64,000 nucleotides of DNA from Spirochaetota bacterium (GCA_018816345.1 JAHIWG010000097.1:463-64462); one strand, 5' to 3'; shown: positions 10,004 to 18,593, counted from the stretch's first letter. Notes: generated by a model from the sequence alone, not told the origin. Made by a program: numbers and translations.

Positions 10004-10183
10004 GCGTTAGACCTTCCCGGCCCGGCCTCGGGCCACCGCGTCGCGAAGCTTCCCGTAGACGATACTACGGAACCGGCCCGCGCGTCCTCACCCCCCCGAA
10101 TCTCCCTTGCCGCTTTCCGTTCGCTGCATCCTTGTCTCGCCCTTGAAGACCCGCGATCGGTTACGCGATCGGCGCGTTTTTTA

Positions 10184-10211
10184 TTGACAAAGCCGAAAAT
10201 CGTTTTACACT
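10184..10211 (+). promoter_or_regulatory. Sigma-70-type promoter (TTGACA-16-TACACT) for the aminotransferase cassette
   Basis: TTGACA at 10184-10189 and TACACT at 10206-10211, about 40 nt upstream of the RBS-preceded ATG at 10253. Confidence 0.45.
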
Positions 10212-10252
10212 ATCGGTGAGTGGCCGCTCACTTTCTAGATAAGGAGAATTCC

Positions 10253-11713
10253 ATGTCGTACAGCATACGAGAATACCACGACGTCGAGGATATATACGCT
10301 AGGCTCGACGCGCTGATGGCGCTACCGCCCGTCCCCCTGCGGGACGAGGCCATGAAGCGCTACCTGGCCTTCTTCGACGGATGCCCGGCGTCCAAGGCCA
10401 TGGTCGACGAGGCCAAGCGCTTCATCCCCGGCGGCGTCCAGCACAACCTCGCCTTCAACTACCCGTTCCCCCTCGTCATCGAAAGGGCGGAAGGGCCCTA
10501 CCTCCACGACGTCGACGGGCATCGCTACATCGACTTCCTCCAGGCGGGCGGGCCGACCATCCTCGGCAGCAACGACCCCGCCGTCCGGGCCCAGGTCATA
10601 GACGTCCTTAAGAGCGTCGGGCCGTCCACCGGGCTGTTCCACGAATTCGAGCTTAAGCTGGCCAAGGAGATATGCTCCCACATGCCCGCCGTAGAGATGT
10701 TCCGCATGCTCGGCTCGGGCACCGAGGCCGTGATGGCGGCAATACGCGTCGCGCGCCTCGCCACCGGAAAGAAGCGCGTCGTGAAGATAGGCGGCGCCTA
10801 CCACGGCTGGAGCGACCAGCTCGTTTTCAGCCTCAAGATACCAAAGACGGGCCGCTTCGAGGCGCACGGCATACCTCCGCGCGCGAGCAGCCTGACCGAC
10901 GAGGCGGCGCCCAACGACCTCGCCTCCCTCGAACGCGTCCTCCGGCTGAACCGCCTGCGCGGCGGCACGGCCTGCGTGCTCATAGAGCCCCTGGGACCTG
11001 AGTCCGGCACCAGGCCCGTGGCCTTCGACTACAACAAGGGAGTCCGCGCCCTCTGCGACGAGTACGGAGCTCTCCTCGTGTTCGACGAGGTGGTCACCGC
11101 GTTCCGCGTAGGCCTTGAGGGCGCCCAGGGCTATTTCGGCGTAGCGCCCGACCTCACGACCTTCAGGAAGATAGTAGCGGGCGGCTACCCTTCCGCCGGC
11201 GGACTGGGCGGGCGCAAGGACCTGATACTCCGCATGGCCGCCGGGCTCGAGTCGGGCAAGAAGCGCGCCTACGTCGGGGGAACGATGGCGGCCAACCCGC
11301 TGTCGGCAGCGGCCGGCTATTTCACGCTCAAGGAGATAGAGAAGCGGGACGCCTGCGCCGTCGCGGGACGGGCGGGCGACCGCCTCTGCGCGGGCCTTAA
11401 GAAGGCCATAGCCGAGAGGGGCCTGCCATTCGTCGCCTACAACCAGGGTTCCATATGCCACCTGGAGACGGTCGGCGCGATGTTCATAAAGATGGACATG
11501 CTTAAGATCGTCAAGGTCCTGAAGGAGATAAAGGCCAGGAAGGCGATGATGGAAGGCTACGGGGCCGCCTACGCCGCCGAGGGGCTCGTGACGCTCGCGG
11601 GCAGCCGCATGTACACGAGCGCGGCCGATACGGACGCCGTCGTCGACGACGCTATAGCCCGCTTCTCGCGCGTCTTCGATAACGTAGCGGCCGCCCAGGT
11701 CAAGAAGGCCTAG
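10253..11713 (+). CDS. Class III PLP-dependent aminotransferase/aminomutase (glutamate-1-semialdehyde aminomutase-like paralog)
   Basis: ATG at 10253 with AAGGAGAA upstream; the ORF-track GTG at 10220 is less likely. Motifs GSGTEAVMAAIRVAR, VFDEVVTAFRVG and the catalytic-Lys context TTFRKIVAGGYP. Has an N-terminal extension of about 90 aa relative to HemL. Confidence 0.8.
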   Translation: MSYSIREYHDVEDIYARLDALMALPPVPLRDEAMKRYLAFFDGCPASKAMVDEAKRFIPGGVQHNLAFNYPFPLVIERAEGPYLHDVDGHRYIDFLQAGGPTILGSNDPAVRAQVIDVLKSVGPSTGLFHEFELKLAKEICSHMPAVEMFRMLGSGTEAVMAAIRVARLATGKKRVVKIGGAYHGWSDQLVFSLKIPKTGRFEAHGIPPRASSLTDEAAPNDLASLERVLRLNRLRGGTACVLIEPLGPESGTRPVAFDYNKGVRALCDEYGALLVFDEVVTAFRVGLEGAQGYFGVAPDLTTFRKIVAGGYPSAGGLGGRKDLILRMAAGLESGKKRAYVGGTMAANPLSAAAGYFTLKEIEKRDACAVAGRAGDRLCAGLKKAIAERGLPFVAYNQGSICHLETVGAMFIKMDMLKIVKVLKEIKARKAMMEGYGAAYAAEGLVTLAGSRMYTSAADTDAVVDDAIARFSRVFDNVAAAQVKKA

Positions 11714-11714
11714 C

Positions 11715-12374
11715 ATGACGGAACAGGAAGCCAAGGAGGCCGTAAGGGCCATGGGACTGCGCCTCGTAGAGCTAGGCCTGACGGCGGGCACCTGGGGCAA
11801 CGCCTCGGTGCGCTTCTCGGCCTCGGAGATGGCCATAACGCCGAGCGGCACGGACTACTCGACCATGGAGGCGAGCGACATCGTCGTCGTCGACCTCAGG
11901 ACCGGCGAGGCCCGCGGCGGCAAGCCGTCGTCGGAGAAGACGCTCCACATGGAGATATACAGGACCAGGGGCGAGGCCATGGCCGTCGTCCACACTCACT
12001 CCATGAGCGCGTCCACCGTCGCGGCCGCCCGGCGCGAGGTGCCGCCGATACTGGACGACCTCGCGCAGATAGTCGGCCCGTCGATCCGGGTCGCCGACTA
12101 CTCCCTGCCCGGCAGCAGGAAGATGGCGCGCACCGTGCTACGGGCCATGTCCGGACGCATGGCCGCGCTGATGGCAAACCACGGCGCGGTCGCGATAGGC
12201 CGCTCGGCGGACGAGGCGATACTGTGCGCGCAGATAGTCGAGAAGGGCTGCCGGGCCTTCGTCGAGGCGGAGTTCCTGGGCGGGGCCAAGAGCCTCCCGC
12301 GCCTCGAGGCCGCGATCATGCACGAGGTCTACCTGCGGAAGTATTCCAAGCTGAAGAAAGGCGCGCGGTCGTGA
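11715..12374 (+). CDS. Class II aldolase/adducin-fold protein (FucA/AraD/MtnB-like)
   Basis: Starts 1 nt after the upstream stop. Motifs GTWGNASVR, ITPSG and the metal site VVHTHS. Confidence 0.8.
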   Translation: MTEQEAKEAVRAMGLRLVELGLTAGTWGNASVRFSASEMAITPSGTDYSTMEASDIVVVDLRTGEARGGKPSSEKTLHMEIYRTRGEAMAVVHTHSMSASTVAAARREVPPILDDLAQIVGPSIRVADYSLPGSRKMARTVLRAMSGRMAALMANHGAVAIGRSADEAILCAQIVEKGCRAFVEAEFLGGAKSLPRLEAAIMHEVYLRKYSKLKKGARS

Positions 12375-14053
12375 GCGCCCCCGGGGACGGGGCCCTGGTC
12401 GTCGCGTACGACATAGGCACTACGGGCGCCAAGACATGCCTGTACCGCTTCTCGGGCGCGGGGGCCAGGCTCGAGGCTAGCGCCACCATGGAGTACGGGA
12501 TACGGTTCCTGCCCAACGGGGGCGCGGAACAGGACCCCGACGACTGGTGGCGCGCGATAGGCGCGGGCACGCGGACGGTGCTGTCAGCCGCGGGCGTAGC
12601 CCCGGCGGAAGTGAGGGCCGCGGCGTTCTGCTGCCAGATGCAGGGCCTCGTGCTAGTCGACGAGGGAGGCCGCCCGGTCAGGCCCGCGATGAGCTACATG
12701 GACCAGCGAGCCTCCGACCAGAAGCGCCGAGGCATAGAGGGAGGGATCAAGGTCGCGGGGCTCGACCTTCGCAAGCTGCTTCCCTCCCTCGCGGTCGCCG
12801 GCGGCGTATCGGCCAGCGCCAAGGACCCGGTCTGGAAGTACCACTGGGTGAGGGAGAACGAGCCGGAGGCCTTCGCCCGAGTCCACCGCTGGCTGGACGC
12901 CAAGGAATACCTCGTCGCCAAGGCGACCGGCCGCTTCGCGATGACGCCGGACTCCGCCAACGCCACCTTCCTGTACGACACGCGGCCTAAGCGGCTCGAC
13001 GGCAAGGGGCTCGGCTCGTGGAGCCCGGCCATGTGCCGCCTCTTCGACGTCGACCCGGCCCATCTTCCGGAGGTCGTAGGCCCCACCGAGGTCGTGGGCC
13101 CCCTCTTACGCGCGGCCGCGGCCGATCTCGGGCTGGCCCCGGGTACGCCCGTGTTCGGGGGCGGCGGGGACCTGTCGCTCGTCGGGCTGGGCTCGGGCGC
13201 GGTCGAGCCGGGCGACGTCCACGTCTACATGGGCACCTCGGGATGGGTCTCCGCGGTCGCCGAGCGCAGGATAGTCGACACCGACGCGATGATAGCTTCC
13301 GTGATGGGCGCGCGCCGTGGCCTCTATAACTACATGTCCGAGCAGGAGACGTCGGGCAAGTGCATGGAATGGGTCCGCGACCACCTCGTACTCGACGAGG
13401 TCGGCGCCTACCTGGGCGCCCGCAACGCAGCCGAGGATCCCGACGCGCGCTACGCCTCCCTGTTCGAGCTCCTTGACGAGTCGATAGACCGGGTGGCGCC
13501 CGGCTCCGACGGCGTGCTGTTCGCGCCGTGGCTGCACGGCAACCGCTCCCCCTTCGAGGACCCGAACGTCCGCGGGGTTTTCTTCAACATAGGCCTGGGC
13601 ACGGGCAAGCGCTCCATGATCAAGTCGGTAGCCGAGGGCGTGGCCATGCACAACCGCTGGCAGCTCGAGTCGATACGGCGCAGGACGGCGGCCCGGGGAC
13701 CGGTGCGTTTCGTCGGAGGCGGCGCCCGATCGCGCTCGATAGCCCGCATCATGGCGGACGTCCTCGGCGAGGTCGTCGAGACGGTAGACTCCCCCCAGAA
13801 CTCAGGGGCCCTCGGCGCGGCCCTGCTGTGCGCCAAGGGCCTCGGCCTCCTGGGCTCGCTGGCCAGCGCGAAGAGCATCGTCAAGGCGGCGGCCGTCTAC
13901 GAGCCCAGGAAAGAGCTGGCGGGACTGTACGGCGAGCGCTTCGCGGTGTTCAAGCGGCTGTACGAGAGGAACAAGCCTCTATTCGCCGCCCTCAACGGCC
14001 GGAAAGCCGGAGGCGGCCCGGCCGGAGGCGGCCCTACGGGCTCGGAGCGATGA
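12371..14053 (+). CDS. FGGY-family carbohydrate kinase
   Basis: GTG at 12371 overlaps the aldolase stop (GTGA). N-terminal VVAYDIGTTGAKTCLY and C-terminal FVGGGARSRSIARIMADVLG...GALGAALL. The ORF-track start at 12224 lies inside the aldolase gene. Confidence 0.85.
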   Translation: MSAPGDGALVVAYDIGTTGAKTCLYRFSGAGARLEASATMEYGIRFLPNGGAEQDPDDWWRAIGAGTRTVLSAAGVAPAEVRAAAFCCQMQGLVLVDEGGRPVRPAMSYMDQRASDQKRRGIEGGIKVAGLDLRKLLPSLAVAGGVSASAKDPVWKYHWVRENEPEAFARVHRWLDAKEYLVAKATGRFAMTPDSANATFLYDTRPKRLDGKGLGSWSPAMCRLFDVDPAHLPEVVGPTEVVGPLLRAAAADLGLAPGTPVFGGGGDLSLVGLGSGAVEPGDVHVYMGTSGWVSAVAERRIVDTDAMIASVMGARRGLYNYMSEQETSGKCMEWVRDHLVLDEVGAYLGARNAAEDPDARYASLFELLDESIDRVAPGSDGVLFAPWLHGNRSPFEDPNVRGVFFNIGLGTGKRSMIKSVAEGVAMHNRWQLESIRRRTAARGPVRFVGGGARSRSIARIMADVLGEVVETVDSPQNSGALGAALLCAKGLGLLGSLASAKSIVKAAAVYEPRKELAGLYGERFAVFKRLYERNKPLFAALNGRKAGGGPAGGGPTGSER

Positions 14054-14741
14054 TACGCGCCGCGTCGAGTCGCGGCTCGAAGGTACGCATGATGAAGCGC
14101 ATCGCGGCCGCGACGACTGCCTCGGTATCGTCGCGCGCCTCGCCTATGAATATGCGCAGGCGATTCCGGTAGTAGGTGGAGGCGTAGGAGAATTGGATCA
14201 TCAGGAAGATGTCGTCGAGCAAGAACGCCGCGAACGCCGGATCGACGTCCGAGGCTATCTCGCCCGAGGCGGCCGCCTCGGCGATCATACGGCGGTACAT
14301 CGTCGCAGAGACCGTCTCTATGCGGCCGGAAAGCTCGACGGCCATGCCGGATAGGGCCTCGGTGGTGCAGTCCACGTATATGCGCAGCAGCTCGGGATCG
14401 TCCTGGGCGGAGCGGACCGCGGCGCGTATCAGCGCCTCTATCCTGCCCGCGAAGGTCGGCTCCGACGAGAATATGTTCTCGAGCGCCCCGCCGAGGAGGA
14501 ATTCGTACTCGTCGACGATGGCCAGGAACAGGTCGGCCTTGGTCCTGAAGTACTTGTACAGCGCGCCTACGGAGATGCCGGCGGCCGCGGCTACGAGATT
14601 GACGTTCGTCCCCGCGAAACCGTCGCGGGCAAAGGCGACCTTGGCGCTCTGGAGGACGCGCCGCCGCTTCTCGTCCGATATTCGCTCGAAGACGGGCGTC
14701 CACCGGGGCGCCGTCGATAAAGATCCGTCCATGCGCATCAC
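14034..14741 (-). CDS. TetR-family transcriptional regulator
   Basis: N-terminal HTH region VLQSAKVAFARDGFAGTNVNLVAAAAGISVGALYKYFRTKADLF. Divergent from the MFS gene. Its 3' end overlaps the kinase 3' end by 20 nt (convergent). Confidence 0.85.
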   Translation of the reverse strand: MMRMDGSLSTAPRWTPVFERISDEKRRRVLQSAKVAFARDGFAGTNVNLVAAAAGISVGALYKYFRTKADLFLAIVDEYEFLLGGALENIFSSEPTFAGRIEALIRAAVRSAQDDPELLRIYVDCTTEALSGMAVELSGRIETVSATMYRRMIAEAAASGEIASDVDPAFAAFLLDDIFLMIQFSYASTYYRNRLRIFIGEARDDTEAVVAAAMRFIMRTFEPRLDAARIIAPSP

Positions 14742-14800
14742 TATACCGAAGAGCGCTCGCCTTGACGATAGCCTAAGGCCCGCGCGGAAGGAATACGACG

Positions 14801-16000
14801 ATGGAGAATAAGACGATCAAGGTCTACGGATACCGCTGGGTCGTGCTCGGCGCGTTCATGATGGTCAACCTGGCCATCCAGCTCCTCTGGATCTCATACG
14901 CGCCCATCACCGGCCAGGCGGCCTCGTTCTACGGCGTCTCCGACCTCAAGATAGGCTTCCTGTCCATGCTGTTCATGATAGCCTTCATCCCCCTGTCCAT
15001 CCCCGTCTCCTGGGCCATAGACACCCTGGGCTTCAGGGCGACCGTAGGCTTCGGATCGGCGCTGATGGGCGCCTTCGCCATCGCGCGCGGCCTCGCGGGC
15101 TCCCGCTACCCGCTCGTATTCGTTTCGACCATGGGGCTCGCCGCCGCCCAGCCCTTCCTCCTCAACGCCTGGACCAAGATACCGGCGCTGTGGTTCCCGC
15201 CCCAGGAGCGGGCCACCGCCGTCGGCTTGATCACCCTGGCGAACCTCGTCGGCACCGGGCTCGGCATGGTGCTGACGCCGGCCCTCGCGGCGAGCGTTCC
15301 CATCCCGACTATACAGCTGTACTTCGGCGTCTTCTCCGCGGCCTGCGCCGCCCTCTTCATACTCGTCTCGCGGGAGCGCCCCGCCACGCCGCCCAGCGAC
15401 GACGCCGGCCAGGCGCGATCGCTCATGCTCGACGGCCTCAAGCACGCCTTTACGGTGCCCAGCTTCAGGCGCTACCTCTTCATGTCGTTCGTCGGGCTCG
15501 GCGTATTCAACGGGGTCACAACCTGGATAGAGGCCATAGTGCGCCCCAGGGGCTTCGGGCCGGCCGAGGCGGGCACGCTCGGCGCCGTCATGCTCGTGGC
15601 CGGAGTCGTCGGCGCCGTGATCTTACCCGCGATGTCGGACAAGAGCGGCAAGCGGAAGCCCTTTATAGGCCTCGGCCTCGCGCTCGCCATACCGGGCCTC
15701 GCCGGCCTCGCGCTCGCCCCCGGCTTCCCGCTCCTGTGCGTCTCCGCCGCCTGGCTCGGCTTCTTCCTGACCAGCGTCATGCCCACGGGCATGCAATACG
15801 CCTCCGAGGTGGCCCGTCCCACGCCCGAAGGCACCTCCAACGGCCTCATCCAGCTCTTCGGCCAGGCCTCGGTCATATTCGTCTACTTGATGGAAGCGTT
15901 GCGCACAGCCGACGGCTCGTTCACCGTCGCGCTCATCGCCGCCTGCCTCGTGCTCGCGTTGAGCGCCGTCCTCTCGACGACCCTCAAGGAGGCGGCCTGA
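14801..16000 (+). CDS. MFS transporter
   Basis: 399-aa polytopic protein with an MFS-like 6+6 hydrophobic layout. Divergently paired with the TetR gene. Confidence 0.8.
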   Translation: MENKTIKVYGYRWVVLGAFMMVNLAIQLLWISYAPITGQAASFYGVSDLKIGFLSMLFMIAFIPLSIPVSWAIDTLGFRATVGFGSALMGAFAIARGLAGSRYPLVFVSTMGLAAAQPFLLNAWTKIPALWFPPQERATAVGLITLANLVGTGLGMVLTPALAASVPIPTIQLYFGVFSAACAALFILVSRERPATPPSDDAGQARSLMLDGLKHAFTVPSFRRYLFMSFVGLGVFNGVTTWIEAIVRPRGFGPAEAGTLGAVMLVAGVVGAVILPAMSDKSGKRKPFIGLGLALAIPGLAGLALAPGFPLLCVSAAWLGFFLTSVMPTGMQYASEVARPTPEGTSNGLIQLFGQASVIFVYLMEALRTADGSFTVALIAACLVLALSAVLSTTLKEAA

Positions 16001-16121
16001 GTCCCGGTCCTATCCCCGGCGCGCGGCTCCATGCGGCTATAATGCAGGCGGCCGCGATCGCCGATACTCTTACCAGCGGGCCAGGCCGACCGCTAAGTAG
16101 GCCCGCTAGCGAGGTGGACGC

Positions 16122-16379
16122 ATGGAAGCCTATTTCGGAGGCCTGGAGTCGAAGCTTTTAGCCATTCCCATGCCCGAGAGGAAGCTATGCATCCTGGCTT
16201 CCAGGAAACTGCTCGGCCAAGACTACGACGCCGACTTCCTCGAGCGCTACGAGGCCGAGCTCGTGGAGCTGAGCCTCGGCATCGATCCCATGGAGCGAGA
16301 CTCCATGCGCGCCCTGGAGATATGCGTCGAGGCCTTCAGCCTGGCCGCGGCCGCGAGGGTCAGCCGGCTAGCGTGCTAG
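16122..16379 (+). CDS. Small hypothetical protein (85 aa), paralog of 17950-18186
   Basis: Shares MEAYFGGLE / RKLCILASRKLLG / FLERYEAELVEL / ALEICVEAF blocks with the ORF at 17950, plus the same start context acgcATGGAAG. Family not recognised. Confidence 0.55.
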   Translation: MEAYFGGLESKLLAIPMPERKLCILASRKLLGQDYDADFLERYEAELVELSLGIDPMERDSMRALEICVEAFSLAAAARVSRLAC

Positions 16380-16402
16380 CCGCCTCGCCGCGACCCCGCG
16401 CC

Positions 16403-16426
16403 GCCTAGCCGCCTAGCCGCCTAGCC
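16403..16426. repeat. Tandem 8-mer (gcctagcc) x3 between convergent genes
   Basis: Three perfect copies at 16403-10, 16411-18 and 16419-26. Each holds the palindrome CTAG, which gives TAG in all three frames on both strands. The third copy supplies the helicase stop codon. Confidence 0.9.
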
Positions 16427-17836
16427 GTCGATTCCCGCATCGGCGCCGGCCTGGATATAGTCAAGGAAATCAGTAACCCGCTCGTTGACGAAGAAATCGC
16501 GCGCGCGGGGCCGGGCCCGGAGCAGGAGCCCTTCGAGCCTCGTGACCCGGGAAATCGCGACATACGCCTGTCCGGCCGCGAAGGCGCCCCTCGACAGGTC
16601 GACGAACACCTTCTCGAGCGTCCGTCCCTGAGCCCTGTGTATGGTCACGGCCCATCCGAGCACGAAGGGGTACTGCCTGTACTCGTCGGCCGTCTCCTCG
16701 GCTAGCCGGTCGTCGCGCAGCGTGAAGCGCAGCCGCCTCCACGCGTAGGGCTCGACCGCGAACTCTCCCGCCTCGTCGCGGAGGACGACCCTCCCGTCCT
16801 CGAGCCCGGAGACCGTCGCCAGGGCCCCGTTCACCCAGCGGCGTCCCGGGTCGTTGACCGTGAACATAACTCGGGCCCCGACCTTTAGCTCGAGCTCGCG
16901 CGGGGCCGGCAGGTCCTCGTCGCCCGGCGCGCTCGCGAAGCGCCCGGAGGAGACCGCGGAGTACGTCCGCGCCGGCCCGGGCAGGGCGTCCATGCGGTAA
17001 CGGTTCAGACGCCGGGCCTCGTCCCGCTTGGCCGTCAGGACGAGGTGGTCGGCGGGCGGCTTCCTGCCCTCGGGGAGCACGCGCGACTGGAGGAGGTCGA
17101 GGTCGGCCTCGGTGACGGCCCCGGCCCGGCAGCGATCCAGGGTCGCCATGAAGTCGGTCTCGTTATGGCGGAAGACGCGCGTGAATTCGACGTGCCGTAT
17201 CTTCCGCGCCCTCGTGCGCAGGGCCTGGGAGGAGAAGAAGAACGGGCTCTTATAGCGCCTCGCGAAGCCCTCGCCGGCCATCGTGTACGGATCCGGCTCT
17301 ACGGGCGGGAGCTGGTAGGCGTCGCCGAACAGCACGAGGCGCGCCCCTCCGAACGGCAATCGCGACTGCCTCTTGGCCCTGCGCATCCGCCGGTCCATCT
17401 CGTCGAGGAGGTCCGCCCTCACCATCGACACCTCGTCCACGACTATGGTCTCGACCGCGGCTAGTAGAGCGTACAGCCGGCCCTCCTTATCCGGGTCCAG
17501 CCTCGTCTCGAGGTAGGCCTTCTCGCCCGGGTCGATCCAGAAGAAGCTATGGATAGTCTGCCCGCCTATAGTGAGGGCCGCGACGGCGGTGGGAGCCAGG
17601 TAGACGGCGTTCCGGGGCCGGAGCTCGTCCTTGAGGTATTGGAGGAAAGTCGACTTCCCAGTACCAGCGCGGCCCGAGATCCAGACGAAGCGCTCCTTCT
17701 CGTCCTCGAGCAGGGCGATCGCCGCCCTCATCTCCTCTGTCAGTATAATCGCATCCACGAAGGCCTCGCACGATATTTTTAGTCGGCGGCGGGACGGCTT
17801 TGGCCTGCTCCCCGACGCGAAATTATACCCTAGCAT
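16421..17836 (-). CDS. PIF1/RecD-family SF1 DNA helicase (AAA ATPase)
   Basis: Walker A GRAGTGKST, Walker B IVVDEVSMV, LFGDAYQLPPV and AVTIHRAQGRT. The start is uncertain: ATG 17908 (ORF track), ATG 17836, or GTG 17758 with GAGG upstream. Confidence 0.85.
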   Translation of the reverse strand: MLGYNFASGSRPKPSRRRLKISCEAFVDAIILTEEMRAAIALLEDEKERFVWISGRAGTGKSTFLQYLKDELRPRNAVYLAPTAVAALTIGGQTIHSFFWIDPGEKAYLETRLDPDKEGRLYALLAAVETIVVDEVSMVRADLLDEMDRRMRRAKRQSRLPFGGARLVLFGDAYQLPPVEPDPYTMAGEGFARRYKSPFFFSSQALRTRARKIRHVEFTRVFRHNETDFMATLDRCRAGAVTEADLDLLQSRVLPEGRKPPADHLVLTAKRDEARRLNRYRMDALPGPARTYSAVSSGRFASAPGDEDLPAPRELELKVGARVMFTVNDPGRRWVNGALATVSGLEDGRVVLRDEAGEFAVEPYAWRRLRFTLRDDRLAEETADEYRQYPFVLGWAVTIHRAQGRTLEKVFVDLSRGAFAAGQAYVAISRVTRLEGLLLRARPRARDFFVNERVTDFLDYIQAGADAGIDG

Positions 17837-17949
17837 GAACGAGGCTCGCGCGTCCTTAGCTTTTCCGCGTTTTTCCGCGCAACCGGCTCTACTCGGCCCG
17901 GGTAACACGTACGGGCGACGTTTATCCCGGGCCTAGGCGAAGGTAACGC

Positions 17950-18186
17950 ATGGAAGAAACGATGGGCATACTCGAGCGTAGCATCTCGTCCATAGGCTAT
18001 CCTCAGAGGAGGCTATACCTGCTCGCGACTCGGAAGCTGCTCGGGGCGCATAGCGATCCCGAGTTCGTCGCGTCGTACGCGACCAGGCTGACCGAGCTCT
18101 ACGCCTCCGTCCGGGGCCCGGGCGACGACTTCCTCGAGGCCCTGAACCTGTGCATCGAGGCGTACGCGAGGGCCTGCGAGCGCTGA
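17950..18186 (+). CDS. Small hypothetical protein (78 aa), paralog of 16122-16379
   Basis: MEETMGILE / RRLYLLATRKLLG / FVASYATRLTEL / ALNLCIEAY blocks align with the ORF at 16122. Divergent from the helicase gene. Confidence 0.55.
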   Translation: MEETMGILERSISSIGYPQRRLYLLATRKLLGAHSDPEFVASYATRLTELYASVRGPGDDFLEALNLCIEAYARACER

Positions 18187-18300
18187 TCGGGCCCGAGAGG
18201 CTAGGGAACCGCCTGCGGGATGATTCGCGAGCGCCTTCGCGAGCCTCAGGCCGAACCCGGTGGAGCGCTCGAGAAACGGCTTCCGGCATGCCTCGGTCCC

Positions 18301-18348
18301 GGCGAAGGCGAAGGCGAAGGCGGAGGCCCTGGCGGAGGCGGAGGCCGC
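18301..18348. repeat. Hexamer microsatellite (GGCGAA)3(GGCGGA)-like, 8 units
   Basis: ggcgaa ggcgaa ggcgaa ggcgga ggccct ggcgga ggcgga ggccgc, in a noncoding stretch downstream of the second small ORF. Confidence 0.85.
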
Positions 18349-18371
18349 GCGACAAGCCCTCATCGCAGACT

Positions 18372-18397
18372 AAAAAAAAAACCGACCTTTCGGTCGG
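18372..18397 (-). terminator. Orphan intrinsic-terminator-like hairpin (diverged copy of the tRNA-Leu terminator)
   Basis: A10 then ccgacc-tttc-ggtcgg. Read on the minus strand, this is a hairpin followed by T10. It lies just 3' of the tRNA-end fragment at 18408-18423. Confidence 0.5.
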
Positions 18398-18407
18398 GGC
18401 ATTTCGC

Positions 18408-18423
18408 GCGGCGAAGAGGACTT
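18408..18423 (-). repeat. Direct copy of the last 16 nt of tRNA-Leu (att-like fragment)
   Basis: gcggcgaagaggactt is identical to 18595-18610, the 3' acceptor/T-arm of the tRNA on the minus strand. Confidence 0.85.
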
Positions 18424-18525
18424 TCACCCCAGCGCTCGACATCCCGTCTCGCACCCTCGGGCGCCTACGCTCGCTTTCGCGCGCATCGTGCGCGCTGTAC
18501 CTCGCTATCGCTCGGCGCTCGCTCC

Positions 18526-18546
18526 GGTTCAAGTCCTCTTCGCCGC
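18526..18546 (+). repeat. Inverted copy of the last 21 nt of tRNA-Leu
   Basis: ggttcaagtcctcttcgccgc is the reverse complement of 18595-18615. It is perfectly complementary over 16 nt to the fragment at 18408-18423. Confidence 0.85.
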
Positions 18547-18552
18547 CAATCC

Positions 18553-18592
18553 AAAAGAAAAACCCCGACCGGAAGGTCGGGGTTTTTCTTTT
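18553..18592. terminator. Bidirectional intrinsic terminator immediately 3' of tRNA-Leu
   Basis: aaaagaaaaa-ccccgacc-ggaa-ggtcgggg-tttttctttt: an 8-bp GC stem flanked by A-run and T-run. Confidence 0.7.
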
Positions 18593-18593
18593 G

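Noticed and set aside
10322-11851. Very long antisense or out-of-frame ORFs. Examples: 10322-11851 (509 aa), 1786-3180, 5238-6416, 38231-39361, 39516-40826, 43158-44378, 51975-53060 and 58267-59010.
   Set aside because: They are Arg/Gly/Pro/Ala-rich with no recognisable motifs. Each lies exactly opposite or out of frame to a gene with strong family motifs. This is the usual shadow-ORF artefact of high-GC DNA.
18408-18546. A second tRNA or tRNA-like gene formed by the two tRNA-Leu end fragments.
   Set aside because: Only the terminal 16-21 nt match the tRNA. The sequence between them shows no D-arm or anticodon arm, and the T-stem cannot pair (TCCGG vs CCTCT). I treated them as repeat or scar fragments, not as a gene.
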